Assembly (NCBI RefSeq): GCF_963528195.1
Contig: NZ_CAURVN010000002.1
Span: 3,902 to 67,901 of the forward strand
Direction: 5' to 3'
DNA from: an uncultured Granulicatella sp.
GTDB taxonomy: Bacteria; Bacillota; Bacilli; Lactobacillales; Aerococcaceae
DNA length: 64,000 nucleotides
Part shown: in pieces, positions 32,701 through 41,395 of the stretch
How positions within the stretch are numbered: the stretch's first letter is position 1
Layout of the letters: the number at the start of each line of letters is the position of its first letter
Notes under the pieces: model-generated
The model's database searches: none
Told to the model about the DNA's origin: nothing
The model's input: only the letters and a program-made list of their open reading frames with translations
Translations under genes and position numbers: made by a program

Positions 32701-35394
32701 AGACCAGCTTAATCCTCTTGGTAAATCACCTCCAACTGAACTTACGGTTGCATTGGAAGGGATATTAAGAGTAATCTCTGGGATTGTTTCTCCTGCCGTA
32801 AAAGTATAATTAACCGTCGGAACACTAAAGTTACCTGGTGTAACTGTTAGTTCAACAAGCTTAGTAATAGAAGCTCCATTTTTAGTAACTGTTACCGGAA
32901 TAATGTGATGCCCTTCGTATTGTCCAACACCTGACAAAATCTTATGTTCAGCATCGTAAGAAACACCTGCTGGCAATGTTCCTACTGTAATTTTAGCTCC
33001 TTCTGTAGCTGTCACAGCCATATCTTTGAATCTAGTTCCTTCTGATACCGTTTGTTTATCATTAGAAATCTCTAAAGACAAGTCCATGACAGGAGACGAC
33101 GTTACCTCATAAGTAAACTTCGTCTTAATTTGACGGCTTTGACCTTCATTATTCGTATAAGTAGCCGTAACATACGCCGTCTGAATTCCATCTGTTTTCT
33201 TCAACGCATATCCTGTTACACCAGTATGATCTTCATTTGAAGTTAAGTGAATGTAATCTCCACCAGATTCAACAGATAAGCTCGTAATTTTACTACCATT
33301 TGTCATTGAAACAGGAATATTTGGAATTGCTTGGCCTTCAGTCCATGTTTGATGACCAATAGTATTTAATCCGTCTATTACTTCGAAAGTAAATTCTCGT
33401 ATTGGAGCGTCTTCTCCGTAATGCCCATCCTTAGCTTTCGCTTTAATCTTATGAACACCAATATCTAAAATTTTTCCGTTTTCTTTTGTAATCGTGTATT
33501 TAGTAGGGTCATCTGTTCTTCTTGTAATTGTAATACCCTCTGGAGCTGTTATATCAATTAACTCTGCATTTTCTTTATTTAATAATAATTCTCCCAACTT
33601 TTGAGCTTCAGAAGTTTTGTCTACTGCAACAGGTATTGGATTTTTTACTTGATATCGTTTATCTGCATCAAATAACACATCTGCGTGAGTTAAGTAATAA
33701 TTTAATCTACGATAAGAATCATCAGATCCATAAGCAACAGCCCGTTCTTCAGTTTTCACAGGAACTGTAAAAATTTTTTCAGTACCAAAACTATCGGTCG
33801 TTTTAAACTTAATTGTAAAGTTTGATTGCTGTTTAGGAAGTTTTGTAAAACGTACTCTATATGGAAGATTGAAATCATAATAAAAACTATTATTCCAGTG
33901 ATTGCCAGGTTCGATTTTAGAAAGGTCAACTAATTCATATTCTACATCTGCATTAGTATCTAATCGCTCAAATTTATCAATTCTAGCCTTATCGATAGAA
34001 ACGGAAGTATCCGTAAATTGTAATCCAAACTCTGTATAATAATGAAAAGTATCTTTTTTAACATCTCTAATTGTTCTTACTATACGTTTCGTTGAATCAA
34101 GATAGTTTCTCCCTTTAGAATACGAACTGTATAGACTATTCGGGTCATAGCGTTCGAGATTCTCACTGTCAAAACCTACAATGTACCCAAAAGTTGTTGT
34201 AGGGATAGTCAACTCATTGTCTGAACCATCTGCTGCACTAGGATTTAAATATTGATTACCTCCTGTTGCTGTATTAATTACAAAAGTACCAGGATTCCTA
34301 ATTGTTAGAGATACACTTTTTTTATATTGACCGTCTTTAGAAACTAAACCAATATCATAAGTCCCTGCCTTAACAGTCTTGTCTAAAGTTATTTTTCCTG
34401 AAATCCTTTGATTAGTAGAATCATAAGTTAATCCTAAATCCTTAGCTCCTTGAGTTAATTCAACTCCTTTTTTAGGATCTATACGGCTAGTTCCAGTTTT
34501 ATAGCTTAATGTAATTTCACGTCCGTCTTTAGTGACAGTGGTATAATTACTTTCATTTTCTACAGTAATATAGGGAGTATTTTCTTCTCTTGAATCTCTT
34601 TCCATATCCAACATAAACCGAACATCCCCAGAATGTCCATTGGCTTTCAATTCAGAGTACAGACGTTCTACAACAGCAGTTAATCGTTCGAGCGCTAACT
34701 GTAATTCAGCTTTCGTGAGTTTTTCTTTCGCTAATAATATTTGAGCTGCAGTTTCTTCTTGTTTTGCTAATTGATAAGTCGCTTGCAAACTTGCTTTCGA
34801 TAATTTGTTTGGATCAACTTTTTTTAATAATTTTTCTGCTTCTGTACCAACAGCTTTGATTTCAATCATTGTATTCGAATAACGAACCTTTAACTCTTCC
34901 AGTTCTTTATCCTCAACTTCTTTTTTCTCTGTTTTTTCAGTTTCTTCTTTTGTTTCTTTTTCTATTTTTGGTTCTTTTGCAGGTTCTTCTGTCTTTTCAT
35001 TCGTACTTATCGCTGGCTTTTCTTGTTCTGTTTTTGTAATTTCTTTTAACGTTGTAACATCCAACTCAGTTTTTTCATGAACTTCTGGAGTTACCGTTGA
35101 AGGTTTACTAGCAGTAGTTTCAACATTCACTGTTGATTTTACTTCATAATTAGTTGGCTGTTCCACATTTTTTGGTGAAACTACTACTTCTTTCGGTTGA
35201 AGGGCTACTTGTGCAGTTGTGTCCCCAACTTGTTGCTTAGGTGTTTCTACTACATTTGCTACGGTTGCTTCTGTTACTTCATTCGCTCTTACAGGTGTTT
35301 GCATTGGCCCTATAAAGAACTGCCCCACCACAACGGAAGCAACACCCACACTAAATTTTCGAATCGCAAATTTTTGTCTTTTTTCTGGTCTCAT
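29758..35394 (-). CDS. giant cell-wall-anchored surface adhesin (YSIRK signal, Ig-like repeats, collagen-like GXY runs, LPXTG anchor)
   Basis: N-terminal KFAIRKFSVGVASV and C-terminal LPETG plus TM plus KRK. About 10 repeats of the LP(P)GV.YDA....ISG.P..VG.Y type. GXY runs include GAKGEKGDAGVAGRDGKD, GVKGDKGEQGLQGRDGKDG and GVDGRDGRDGRDGIDGKS. Confidence 0.93.
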   Translation of the reverse strand: MRPEKRQKFAIRKFSVGVASVVVGQFFIGPMQTPVRANEVTEATVANVVETPKQQVGDTTAQVALQPKEVVVSPKNVEQPTNYEVKSTVNVETTASKPSTVTPEVHEKTELDVTTLKEITKTEQEKPAISTNEKTEEPAKEPKIEKETKEETEKTEKKEVEDKELEELKVRYSNTMIEIKAVGTEAEKLLKKVDPNKLSKASLQATYQLAKQEETAAQILLAKEKLTKAELQLALERLTAVVERLYSELKANGHSGDVRFMLDMERDSREENTPYITVENESNYTTVTKDGREITLSYKTGTSRIDPKKGVELTQGAKDLGLTYDSTNQRISGKITLDKTVKAGTYDIGLVSKDGQYKKSVSLTIRNPGTFVINTATGGNQYLNPSAADGSDNELTIPTTTFGYIVGFDSENLERYDPNSLYSSYSKGRNYLDSTKRIVRTIRDVKKDTFHYYTEFGLQFTDTSVSIDKARIDKFERLDTNADVEYELVDLSKIEPGNHWNNSFYYDFNLPYRVRFTKLPKQQSNFTIKFKTTDSFGTEKIFTVPVKTEERAVAYGSDDSYRRLNYYLTHADVLFDADKRYQVKNPIPVAVDKTSEAQKLGELLLNKENAELIDITAPEGITITRRTDDPTKYTITKENGKILDIGVHKIKAKAKDGHYGEDAPIREFTFEVIDGLNTIGHQTWTEGQAIPNIPVSMTNGSKITSLSVESGGDYIHLTSNEDHTGVTGYALKKTDGIQTAYVTATYTNNEGQSRQIKTKFTYEVTSSPVMDLSLEISNDKQTVSEGTRFKDMAVTATEGAKITVGTLPAGVSYDAEHKILSGVGQYEGHHIIPVTVTKNGASITKLVELTVTPGNFSVPTVNYTFTAGETIPEITLNIPSNATVSSVGGDLPRGLSWSADRKTVTGTPTQVGTFQVYGYVNRTTADGTNQSTYAYINITVNSVPLNFSIPDNTKTVKALDELPPINLQADGAVLSITSGSLPPGVNFDAATKTVSGTPTKVGTYTATFTATSPTISGNSTASATLTINVTPRDLSVDVKNKEQEKNVLSAIDEVVLNPSDNKARLEVDTSQLPPGVTYDAASRTISGKPSKVGEYLISYKATFPEMAESPVAGGHIKINVRPLPVSINVTEKEQTVRAGTAIKNMVVTHSEHSNLGARYLSVDLPEGDIDSYLESIAGLNYNASTHTITGTPTKPGVYRIRLKASIDSPNLGKGSAEEIITLTVVDDPVSLDIKNDRQMIALGKTSLRPITFTVPADATLTFDETKLPAGVTYDKASKTISGTPTAVGAFDIPVTVTSAGGKSITKDITIDVVDLTPPTPTVTVKENNDGTHTITISQPNGQPVETIIKNGKDGETPKVKVDRDETKKETTLTFYSDKNANNQFDEDTDTVLGTSVIKDGVAGAKGEKGDAGVAGRDGKDVLNGKVNPEASLGKDGDTFINTTTGDVLVKKDGEWKPVGNMKGVKGDKGEQGLQGRDGKDGFTPAVSVITNPDGSHTISITQPDGKEPITTTVKNGENGKDGRSPRVELKPIYPAQPRSARRARSVDEDRATTQPTAKPIGVHITVYYDNDNSLTYTAGDTLISEEDIYNGVDGRDGRDGRDGIDGKSAIIETRENSDGSHTFIITNADGTKREIVVKNGQDGKSPTIETKENEDGSHTIVITNPDGTKREIVVKDGQDGKSPRIETKENSDGSYTIVITNSDGTCNCNVNPTPVQPGTPGTTPSEQPKPESGSITSPSDKPVKPELKPDPKPETNKPNTPNTGGNSETPGGNTPERQTPPMNGNVPPVYKEPTVERDPQPNETNSTPLANTSTGTPIEEVNEETPIVTVTTTGVNISNGRLPETGTKYDTIYIVLGSGILLSLYMGKRKEESSNEME
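30270..30600 (-). repeat. 111-bp (37-aa) tandem repeat, about 2.7 copies, inside the adhesin gene
   Basis: The string gatttacc(g/a)tc recurs, ending at 30360, 30471 and 30582. The peptide unit is SP.IETKEN.DGSHTIVITN.DGTKREIVVK.GQDGK. Confidence 0.85.
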
Positions 35395-35631
35395 ACTTAT
35401 CTCCTTTTCTACTCAATCCCTTTTTAAATACATATTACATTTTTTCGCTAATTGTTCCTATTTTCACATTAAAAAACATTTTTTTCAAGAGTGTCTAAAT
35501 TATTATTCCATTAAATTTATATGACAAAGCTAACTTTTTATATAAATCTGAAATATTAGGGATTATATTCTATATTTTATTTCTTTTACAAGAATACGTA
35601 AGAACATTTTCCTCATTTTAATCTTCTTAAC

Positions 35632-35674
35632 AAAAAACAACCAGAAATCTTTACAAGAAAGTTTCCTGGTTGTT
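35632..35674 (-). terminator. terminator after the OppA-like gene
   Basis: AACAACCAG...CTGGTTGTT with a plus-strand A-run upstream. Confidence 0.6.
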
Positions 35675-35696
35675 TGATTAAATTAATTCAATTTTA

Positions 35697-37313
35697 TTAC
35701 TGCACACTTGCTTGACGTAAGTTCACCGTACGTCCAAATGGTAATACTTCAAGTCCTTTTACATTTTCAGCTAATAAATAACTTTGAGAAGCTTGGTAAA
35801 TTGGAGCTACTACTGCATCATTCATAATAATTTTTTCTGCAGCTAGCATTTGATTCCAACGATTTTCTGGTTGAGTCGCATAAGTAGATTTCACAGCATC
35901 TACTGCTTTATCATATTCAGGATTAGAGTATTTCCCAAAGTTAATACCGCCACCTGTAATATATTGCTCTAAGAAGTTCAATGGATCTTGATAATCTGGA
36001 GCCCAAGTTCCGTAAAAAATATCATAGTCGCTTGCACGTTGTAATTCTAAACGGTTTTTCAATGGAACAGGTTGTAATTTAAATGTTACACCTGGTAAGT
36101 TCTTTTGAATTTGCGCTTGTAAATATTCCCCTACAAGTTTTGAAGTTCCTGTATCAGAAGTTAATAAAGTAACCGTTACTTCACTAACACCTAATTCTTT
36201 TTTCGCTAATTCCCATTCTTTTTGAGCTTCTTGTACATCAAATTTCAAGAAATCGCCTGATTCATCTACAAAATCTTTTCCAGTGGCTTCATTTGTTGCA
36301 AAACTTTTTGGAATTAATCCTGTTGAAGGGATTGAACCATCTTTTAAGACATTATTTGTTAATGCTTGTTTGTCATAAGCCATCGCAATGGCACGACGGA
36401 AGTGTTGATTTGCTGTTGTTGGTTTCAATGTATTAAAATTCATATATCCCATTGTTGCTTTTGGTTGCGCATGGAATGTTGGTTGAGATTTATATTGATC
36501 CACAAATTGGTCACTAATCGTTGTATATTGAACTTGTTTTGAATCAAATAATTGAACAGAAGTTGCTACTTCTTTCGATACATTCACTGTTACTTCGTTT
36601 AAAGCAACATTACTTGCATCCCAATAATCAGCATTTTTCACTAATTTCCAAGTTAACTCTGAACCTGTCCATCCTTCTAATTTAAATGGTCCATTTACGA
36701 CTACATTCGAAACATTTGAACCATATTGGTCCCCTAATTTTTGAGCCACTGCTTCAGATTGTGGTAAGAAACGTGATCCCGTTAATAATTTTGGTAAATA
36801 TGGAGCTGGATTTTCAAGTGTAATTTCTAATGTTTTGTCATCAAGAGCTTTCACTCCTAATTCTTCCACTGGTAATTCTCCACTACGAATTTTTTTCGCA
36901 TTTTTAAATACATCCGCTGATTGCGCTACATGTCCTTCTTGAGGATTGACTAATTTACGATAAGTAAATACAAAATCTTGTGCTTTTACAGCTGATCCAT
37001 CTGACCATTTTGCATCACGTAATGTGAACGTATAGACTAAACCATCTTCACTCACTTTCGGTTCTTGCGCAGCCATTCCTAATTCAACTTTATTATTCGC
37101 AGCTACACGATATAAACCTTCAAAAATTTGTCCCATCATATCTGAACTAGGAACATCATCATAATCTGCACTATCTAATGTTGTTAATTCGCCAAAGGTC
37201 GTCATTGTTAAGCGATTTGCAGCATTCGTAGAACTTGATGAATTGCTGCCACACGCAGCCAAACCTACCGCCACTAATAAACTGGTCGCTAACATTTTGG
37301 TTGTTTTTTTCAT
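35697..37313 (-). CDS. peptide ABC transporter substrate-binding lipoprotein (OppA/family 5 SBP), orphan
   Basis: Start MKKTTKMLATSLLVAVGLAACGS (lipobox) follows a GGAG RBS. The track start at 37400 is too early. Confidence 0.88.
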   Translation of the reverse strand: MKKTTKMLATSLLVAVGLAACGSNSSSSTNAANRLTMTTFGELTTLDSADYDDVPSSDMMGQIFEGLYRVAANNKVELGMAAQEPKVSEDGLVYTFTLRDAKWSDGSAVKAQDFVFTYRKLVNPQEGHVAQSADVFKNAKKIRSGELPVEELGVKALDDKTLEITLENPAPYLPKLLTGSRFLPQSEAVAQKLGDQYGSNVSNVVVNGPFKLEGWTGSELTWKLVKNADYWDASNVALNEVTVNVSKEVATSVQLFDSKQVQYTTISDQFVDQYKSQPTFHAQPKATMGYMNFNTLKPTTANQHFRRAIAMAYDKQALTNNVLKDGSIPSTGLIPKSFATNEATGKDFVDESGDFLKFDVQEAQKEWELAKKELGVSEVTVTLLTSDTGTSKLVGEYLQAQIQKNLPGVTFKLQPVPLKNRLELQRASDYDIFYGTWAPDYQDPLNFLEQYITGGGINFGKYSNPEYDKAVDAVKSTYATQPENRWNQMLAAEKIIMNDAVVAPIYQASQSYLLAENVKGLEVLPFGRTVNLRQASVQ

Positions 37314-37345
37314 AACAATTCTCCTTTTCATTTCATTTATCGTTA

Positions 37346-37365
37346 TTACGATAGAGCTATCGTAA
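37346..37365. promoter_or_regulatory. inverted repeat TTACGATA-gagc-TATCGTAA in the oppA-like leader (candidate operator)
   Basis: 8-bp perfect arms. Confidence 0.35.
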
Positions 37366-37409
37366 CAGATTTTACACGATTTCCCAATTATTCTGCTCAC
37401 GATTTTGAA

Positions 37410-37424
37410 AATTTTCTGAAAATA
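37410..37424. promoter_or_regulatory. CodY box
   Basis: AATTTTCTGAAAATA matches the consensus AATTTTCWGAAAATT at 14/15 positions. It lies about 100 nt upstream of the OppA-like start. Confidence 0.6.
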
Positions 37425-37459
37425 AAAAAGGCTGCCCCTAAAGGCAACCCTTGATTTTA

Positions 37460-38269
37460 TTATTCATGATAAACGCTTTTTGTTTTATTTAAGAATGCGT
37501 ATGCTAATCCGACAATAACACCACCACCGATAGTATTACCAATGAAAGCTACTACCCAGTGACGAATTAAGTTGAACCAGTTCATAAATTCTAGAGATGA
37601 AGAAACTGCTGAGAATTTAACAATTGAGAATGAAGCAAAGTTTGCTACCACGTGTTCTTCTCCTAAAAATACAAACATGAAAATTGCTGAAATAATAATC
37701 CACATTTTAGCTGTTTCATCTTTAATTAATAAGAATGCTAAGATTGCAACGTTAACAAAGATATTCGCTAAGATAGCTTCTAGCAGAACTTGTCCATTTC
37801 CACGAGTTGCTTTTCCTTGGACAAGATGAACGATAAAGTGTTGTACATCCATTGCATTGAAAGCTGCACTATGCGCAAATGCTGCCCCAATAATCATCGC
37901 TCCAATCAAGTTGAAGATTCCGCAGTATAATAAAATTGTTACAGCTTTTGATAGGCGAATATTTTTTTGATAAACTCCTGCTGTTAAATACATCATATTA
38001 GATGTTGCTAATTCAGAATTTAAGAATAAGATATAAACTAATCCCCAAGTAAAAATAAATGCAAAGAAAAATTTACTTAGCGCTGGATTTAATCCTGCAA
38101 TCACTTGTGCTGCTGCCGCCCCTGCTGCTGTACTCATTGTTAGAAAAGCTCCTGCAAACATTGAACGTAATGCATAGCGTGCTTTACTTTCGTCAAACAA
38201 CGCTTCTTTCTTTTGACAAGCTTTCGCTACTTTTTCTGAAAATTCATAACCTTGTGCCATATAGGTCAT
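37460..38269 (-). CDS. formate/nitrite transporter (FNT) family protein
   Basis: Contains LNSELATSNMMY and GEEHVVANF. 269 aa. The start could instead be the ATG nine nt downstream. Confidence 0.88.
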   Translation of the reverse strand: MTYMAQGYEFSEKVAKACQKKEALFDESKARYALRSMFAGAFLTMSTAAGAAAAQVIAGLNPALSKFFFAFIFTWGLVYILFLNSELATSNMMYLTAGVYQKNIRLSKAVTILLYCGIFNLIGAMIIGAAFAHSAAFNAMDVQHFIVHLVQGKATRGNGQVLLEAILANIFVNVAILAFLLIKDETAKMWIIISAIFMFVFLGEEHVVANFASFSIVKFSAVSSSLEFMNWFNLIRHWVVAFIGNTIGGGVIVGLAYAFLNKTKSVYHE

Positions 38270-38374
38270 TTCCTCCTTTTAATTACTCTTCCTTTTAGGA
38301 ATAATACTTTGTCAGTATACCTCTATTTTCACAAGGTGAGAAGATAGAAATTAAGATTTTTTTGATAGAATATC

Positions 38375-38403
38375 TTTACATTCTAACTTGCTTTCGCTAT
38401 GAT
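38375..38403 (+). promoter_or_regulatory. promoter TTTACA-17-TATGAT
   Basis: -35 at 38375-38380 and -10 at 38398-38403, about 35 nt before the DUF4430 gene. Confidence 0.55.
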
Positions 38404-38438
38404 GATATAGGTTTAAAATAACACTCTAGGAGGATTTT

Positions 38439-38840
38439 ATGAAAAAATTATTAGCTTTAGCCTTATTAACACTATCTTTAGGAGCATGCGCTCAACCAGC
38501 AACACCTGCTAAACAATCAACGCAAGAAACAACAACTACAGCAAAAGTAGAACAAACGATTACAGTAAATGTTAAAAAAGATGGCGAACCAATTTCAGGA
38601 AGCCCATTTACCTTAACATTCAAAGATGGCGATAAATTATTAACCGTTATGAAAGAACAAATGCAAATCGTTGAAAAAGATGGTTTCGTATCTGCAATTA
38701 ACGGAATCGAACAAGAACCAGCAAACCAAAAATATTGGTTATTTGATGTCAATGGTGAAATGAGCCCAGTCGGAGCTAACCAAGTTGACTTAAAACAAGG
38801 TGACGTTATCGATTGGAAATTAGAAGCATTTAAACAATAA
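38439..38840 (+). CDS. DUF4430 lipoprotein (transcobalamin-like fold family)
   Basis: Lipobox LSLGAC. Contains YWLFDVNGEMSPVGANQVDLKQGDVIDWKL. Confidence 0.8.
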   Translation: MKKLLALALLTLSLGACAQPATPAKQSTQETTTTAKVEQTITVNVKKDGEPISGSPFTLTFKDGDKLLTVMKEQMQIVEKDGFVSAINGIEQEPANQKYWLFDVNGEMSPVGANQVDLKQGDVIDWKLEAFKQ

Positions 38841-39379
38841 TGAAAAATACGCCTATTTTTTCCATTAGAAAAATCACACTGATCGCATTACTATCAACAC
38901 TAGCCTACATTGGTAGACTCCTATTTGCCTGGATTCCAAATGTTCAACCGGTGACGGTGATTCTATTAATCATTACCCTTGAAATGGGATTAGTAGAAGG
39001 AATTTTGACTGCAAGTTTATCTATGATTCTATCTAATATCTTTTTAGGAATGGGACCATGGACCTTGTATCAAATTGCTAGTTTTGCAATTGTCATTCTT
39101 GTATTTTTTTGTTTGAAACCTTTATGGAGACAAACTTGGAAACAGCCATTATTGAAATTAACCTTTTTTACAATCATGGCTGGTTTGACGGGCTATTTAT
39201 ACGGATTTGTCATTTCGATTTTTTCTGTATATTTTTATCATATTCCTAAATTCTGGGTATATTATTTCCAAGGACTCCCATTTGATACGCTACATGCTTT
39301 GGGAAATATTGGCTTTTGGATACTCTTATCGCCATTATTGCCACGTATTATTCAAAAGTATCAAACTAAATTTCAGTAA
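38840..39379 (+). CDS. ECF transporter S component
   Basis: 179 aa, six TM helices. Its start overlaps the upstream stop (TAATG). Confidence 0.75.
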   Translation: MKNTPIFSIRKITLIALLSTLAYIGRLLFAWIPNVQPVTVILLIITLEMGLVEGILTASLSMILSNIFLGMGPWTLYQIASFAIVILVFFCLKPLWRQTWKQPLLKLTFFTIMAGLTGYLYGFVISIFSVYFYHIPKFWVYYFQGLPFDTLHALGNIGFWILLSPLLPRIIQKYQTKFQ

Positions 39380-39382
39380 TAT

Positions 39383-39421
39383 AAAAAGGAGATTGAATGC
39401 CGTTCAATCTCCTTCTTTTTT
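39383..39421. terminator. bidirectional terminator between convergent genes
   Basis: AAGGAGATTGAA-tgccg-TTCAATCTCCTT followed by a T-run. The yidD stop lies inside the stem. Confidence 0.8.
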
Positions 39422-39704
39422 GATTTCTATTGGTTGACAACAATGGCAATTTTTCTTTTTTCGATAATCTTTATGTCGTCTTACTGTAAATTCATCTGGA
39501 ACTGGATCTTGTCCTCCTAAAATAAATGGATGACATCTCATAATTCTGCCAATCCCCATTATTACACCCTTGATAACACCATGTTTTTCAATTGCTTGAA
39601 TCATATACGTTGAACAAGTTGGTCGATAAATACACGTTGGTGGAAATAATGGAGAAATCCATTTTTGATATCCTCGAACCAATCCAATCATTATTTTTTT
39701 CACT
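39404..39704 (-). CDS. yidD: membrane protein insertion efficiency factor YidD
   Basis: [31 protein letters not shown] motif. Start is the GTG at 39704 or the ATG at 39692. Confidence 0.88.
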
Positions 39705-39713
39705 GAAACACCT

Positions 39714-40325
39714 CTACCCTTGAATCCATTTAAAAAGAACTTGTACTCCTTCTGCTGCAATCAATGTATAAACATATAGTGTGACAGGTTTTGCCACTAA
39801 ACAAATCGCTACAAACTTTTTAAACGTCATCTTCCCTAATCCTGCTACCATACATAAGAAATCATCAGGAAATCCTGGCAACACTAATGCCCAAAAGAAG
39901 AAACGTTCGAATTTCTTTCCATCATTTAAATAGCTAATATATTTATCATAAGTCGCTTGAGAAACAAATGCTTGAACGACTGTTTCTCCATATCGTCTTG
40001 CTAGCCAAAAATTAATCATAGAACCAATCATAATACCAATAAAATTATAAATAAACCCATATAAAGGGCCAAATACAATATGCCCAACGACACAAGTTAG
40101 TCCGCCCGGAATAATCGGATAAACTACCTGCACTATTTGAATGAAAATAAAGAATAGTACTCCATAAATTCCCCAATTACCAACTAATTGATGGAAAGGA
40201 CCCCCAATTTCAAAATAATGATGTTTGGCAATCATGTATCCTAAATAAATCGTTAAAAGAATCCCTCCTACTGTCAATACTTGGATAATTTTTCGATTTA
40301 ATGCAATAGCATTTGTTTTATTCAT
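39714..40325 (-). CDS. TVP38/TMEM64 (DedA-related) family membrane protein
   Basis: 203 aa. Contains [20 protein letters not shown] and [15 protein letters not shown]. Confidence 0.8.
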   Translation of the reverse strand: MNKTNAIALNRKIIQVLTVGGILLTIYLGYMIAKHHYFEIGGPFHQLVGNWGIYGVLFFIFIQIVQVVYPIIPGGLTCVVGHIVFGPLYGFIYNFIGIMIGSMINFWLARRYGETVVQAFVSQATYDKYISYLNDGKKFERFFFWALVLPGFPDDFLCMVAGLGKMTFKKFVAICLVAKPVTLYVYTLIAAEGVQVLFKWIQG

Positions 40326-40441
40326 AGTCCCCTCCTGTAAGCTTCTTAATCCAGAATCATTTGATAAGACTACTTTAACAAATCAAATATGAAAAATCCT
40401 TGATTTTTTCTAACAAAAACAGTGATAACCTTACATTACTG

Positions 40442-40972
40442 TCACAATGATTCCATCCAAGGTTTATGAATAGAAACATGATTCATTAATTCTTCTTGTC
40501 GTTTCAATTGTTCTAATCGAGCTAAACGTCTCTGTTCATAACCACTACAAATGAATTTTTCTTCTGCAGTTTCCGGTTCAATCGCTGGAACTGCAAAATC
40601 TGTTTCCCCTTCACGTGGTATTGCTACAAATGTCCAAAAACTAGTTGCCGCCAAATAACGTTCACCTGTTAAAACATCTTCCCCTACTACTTTACAAAAA
40701 ACTTCCATACTTTTCTTTCCAACACCAGAAATATAAGTTTCCACACAAACAGAATGTCCTAATGGTAATGGTTTTAAATAGTTCATCGCATCCACAGAAG
40801 CAGTCACTGCTAAACGACGACAATGACGAGATACCGTAATCGAAGCACAATCATCAATAATTCGTGTTAAATTCCCTCCAAATAATGTTTGATGCATATT
40901 CACATCAAATGGAAAAATTCTTCTAGACTGAATCGCACGTGTTTGTGCGCAAGTTTTAATAGTTGTATTCAT
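40442..40972 (-). CDS. acyl-CoA thioesterase (hotdog fold, YkhA/BFIT-like)
   Basis: Contains NMHQTLFGGNLTRIIDDCASI. The ATG at 40972 has a GAGGAG RBS. Confidence 0.82.
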   Translation of the reverse strand: MNTTIKTCAQTRAIQSRRIFPFDVNMHQTLFGGNLTRIIDDCASITVSRHCRRLAVTASVDAMNYLKPLPLGHSVCVETYISGVGKKSMEVFCKVVGEDVLTGERYLAATSFWTFVAIPREGETDFAVPAIEPETAEEKFICSGYEQRRLARLEQLKRQEELMNHVSIHKPWMESL

Positions 40973-41174
40973 AATAACTCCTCTAATATTCGATAACATT
41001 ATTGTACCATTCCTTTTCTTTTTTTCAAAAGGTCTGGCTTTGAGATATTTCCCCTAAATGGTATCTTTTTTATTTCCTACCATCCTACAAAATTTGAATA
41101 AAGATATACTAACAGGATTTAAGACATTTTTACTTGTGTTTAACATGAGACAATATCACTTGAATTTGCGAAGT

Positions 41175-41202
41175 TTGCAATTCGTTTTGTTTTTGGTATA
41201 AT
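41175..41202 (+). promoter_or_regulatory. promoter TTGCAA-16-TGgTATAAT (extended -10)
   Basis: -35 at 41175-41180 and -10 at 41197-41202. No plus-strand ORF follows. Confidence 0.6.
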
Positions 41203-41208
41203 AAAGAT

Positions 41209-41328
41209 ACAAAAAGAGCCGAGCAGCAACTCGACTCTAATGTAGACCGTTGAAAAGACGGTGGCAGTTATTAGTGTATTAATAACACCGCTAACTCTTC
41301 CAAAGTTATGAGCGGTGTTATTTTTTTG
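41209..41328 (+). ncRNA. candidate antisense sRNA of about 120 nt (putative type I antitoxin)
   Basis: Three hairpins: GAGCCGAG..CTCGACTC, ACCGT..ACGGT, and the terminator AATAACACCGCT..AGCGGTGTTATT followed by T7. It is convergent with the small toxin-like ORF and overlaps its 3' end. Confidence 0.5.
41211..41237 (-). terminator. minus-strand terminator (candidate 3' end of the toxin mRNA)
   Basis: The minus strand reads GAGTCGAG-ttgctg-CTCGGCTC-TTTTTGT. Confidence 0.5.
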
Positions 41329-41395
41329 TCTTAATTTCTATCAGTTTGACAATGAGTGCCACTAACGCAACTAGTAAAGTCGCAAAAGTTATCAT
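41318..41395 (-). CDS. candidate type I toxin peptide (25 aa; one TM helix plus lysine tail)
   Basis: MITFATLLVALVALIVKLIEIKTKK. It is the C-terminal part of the 64-aa track ORF. No clear SD. Confidence 0.4.
   Translation of the reverse strand: MITFATLLVALVALIVKLIEIKTKK

Noticed and set aside
38270-38438. An expected cobalamin riboswitch upstream of the DUF4430/ECF-S pair.
   Set aside because: The promoter sits about 35 nt from the start codon and no B12-box (GCCACTG-like) is present.
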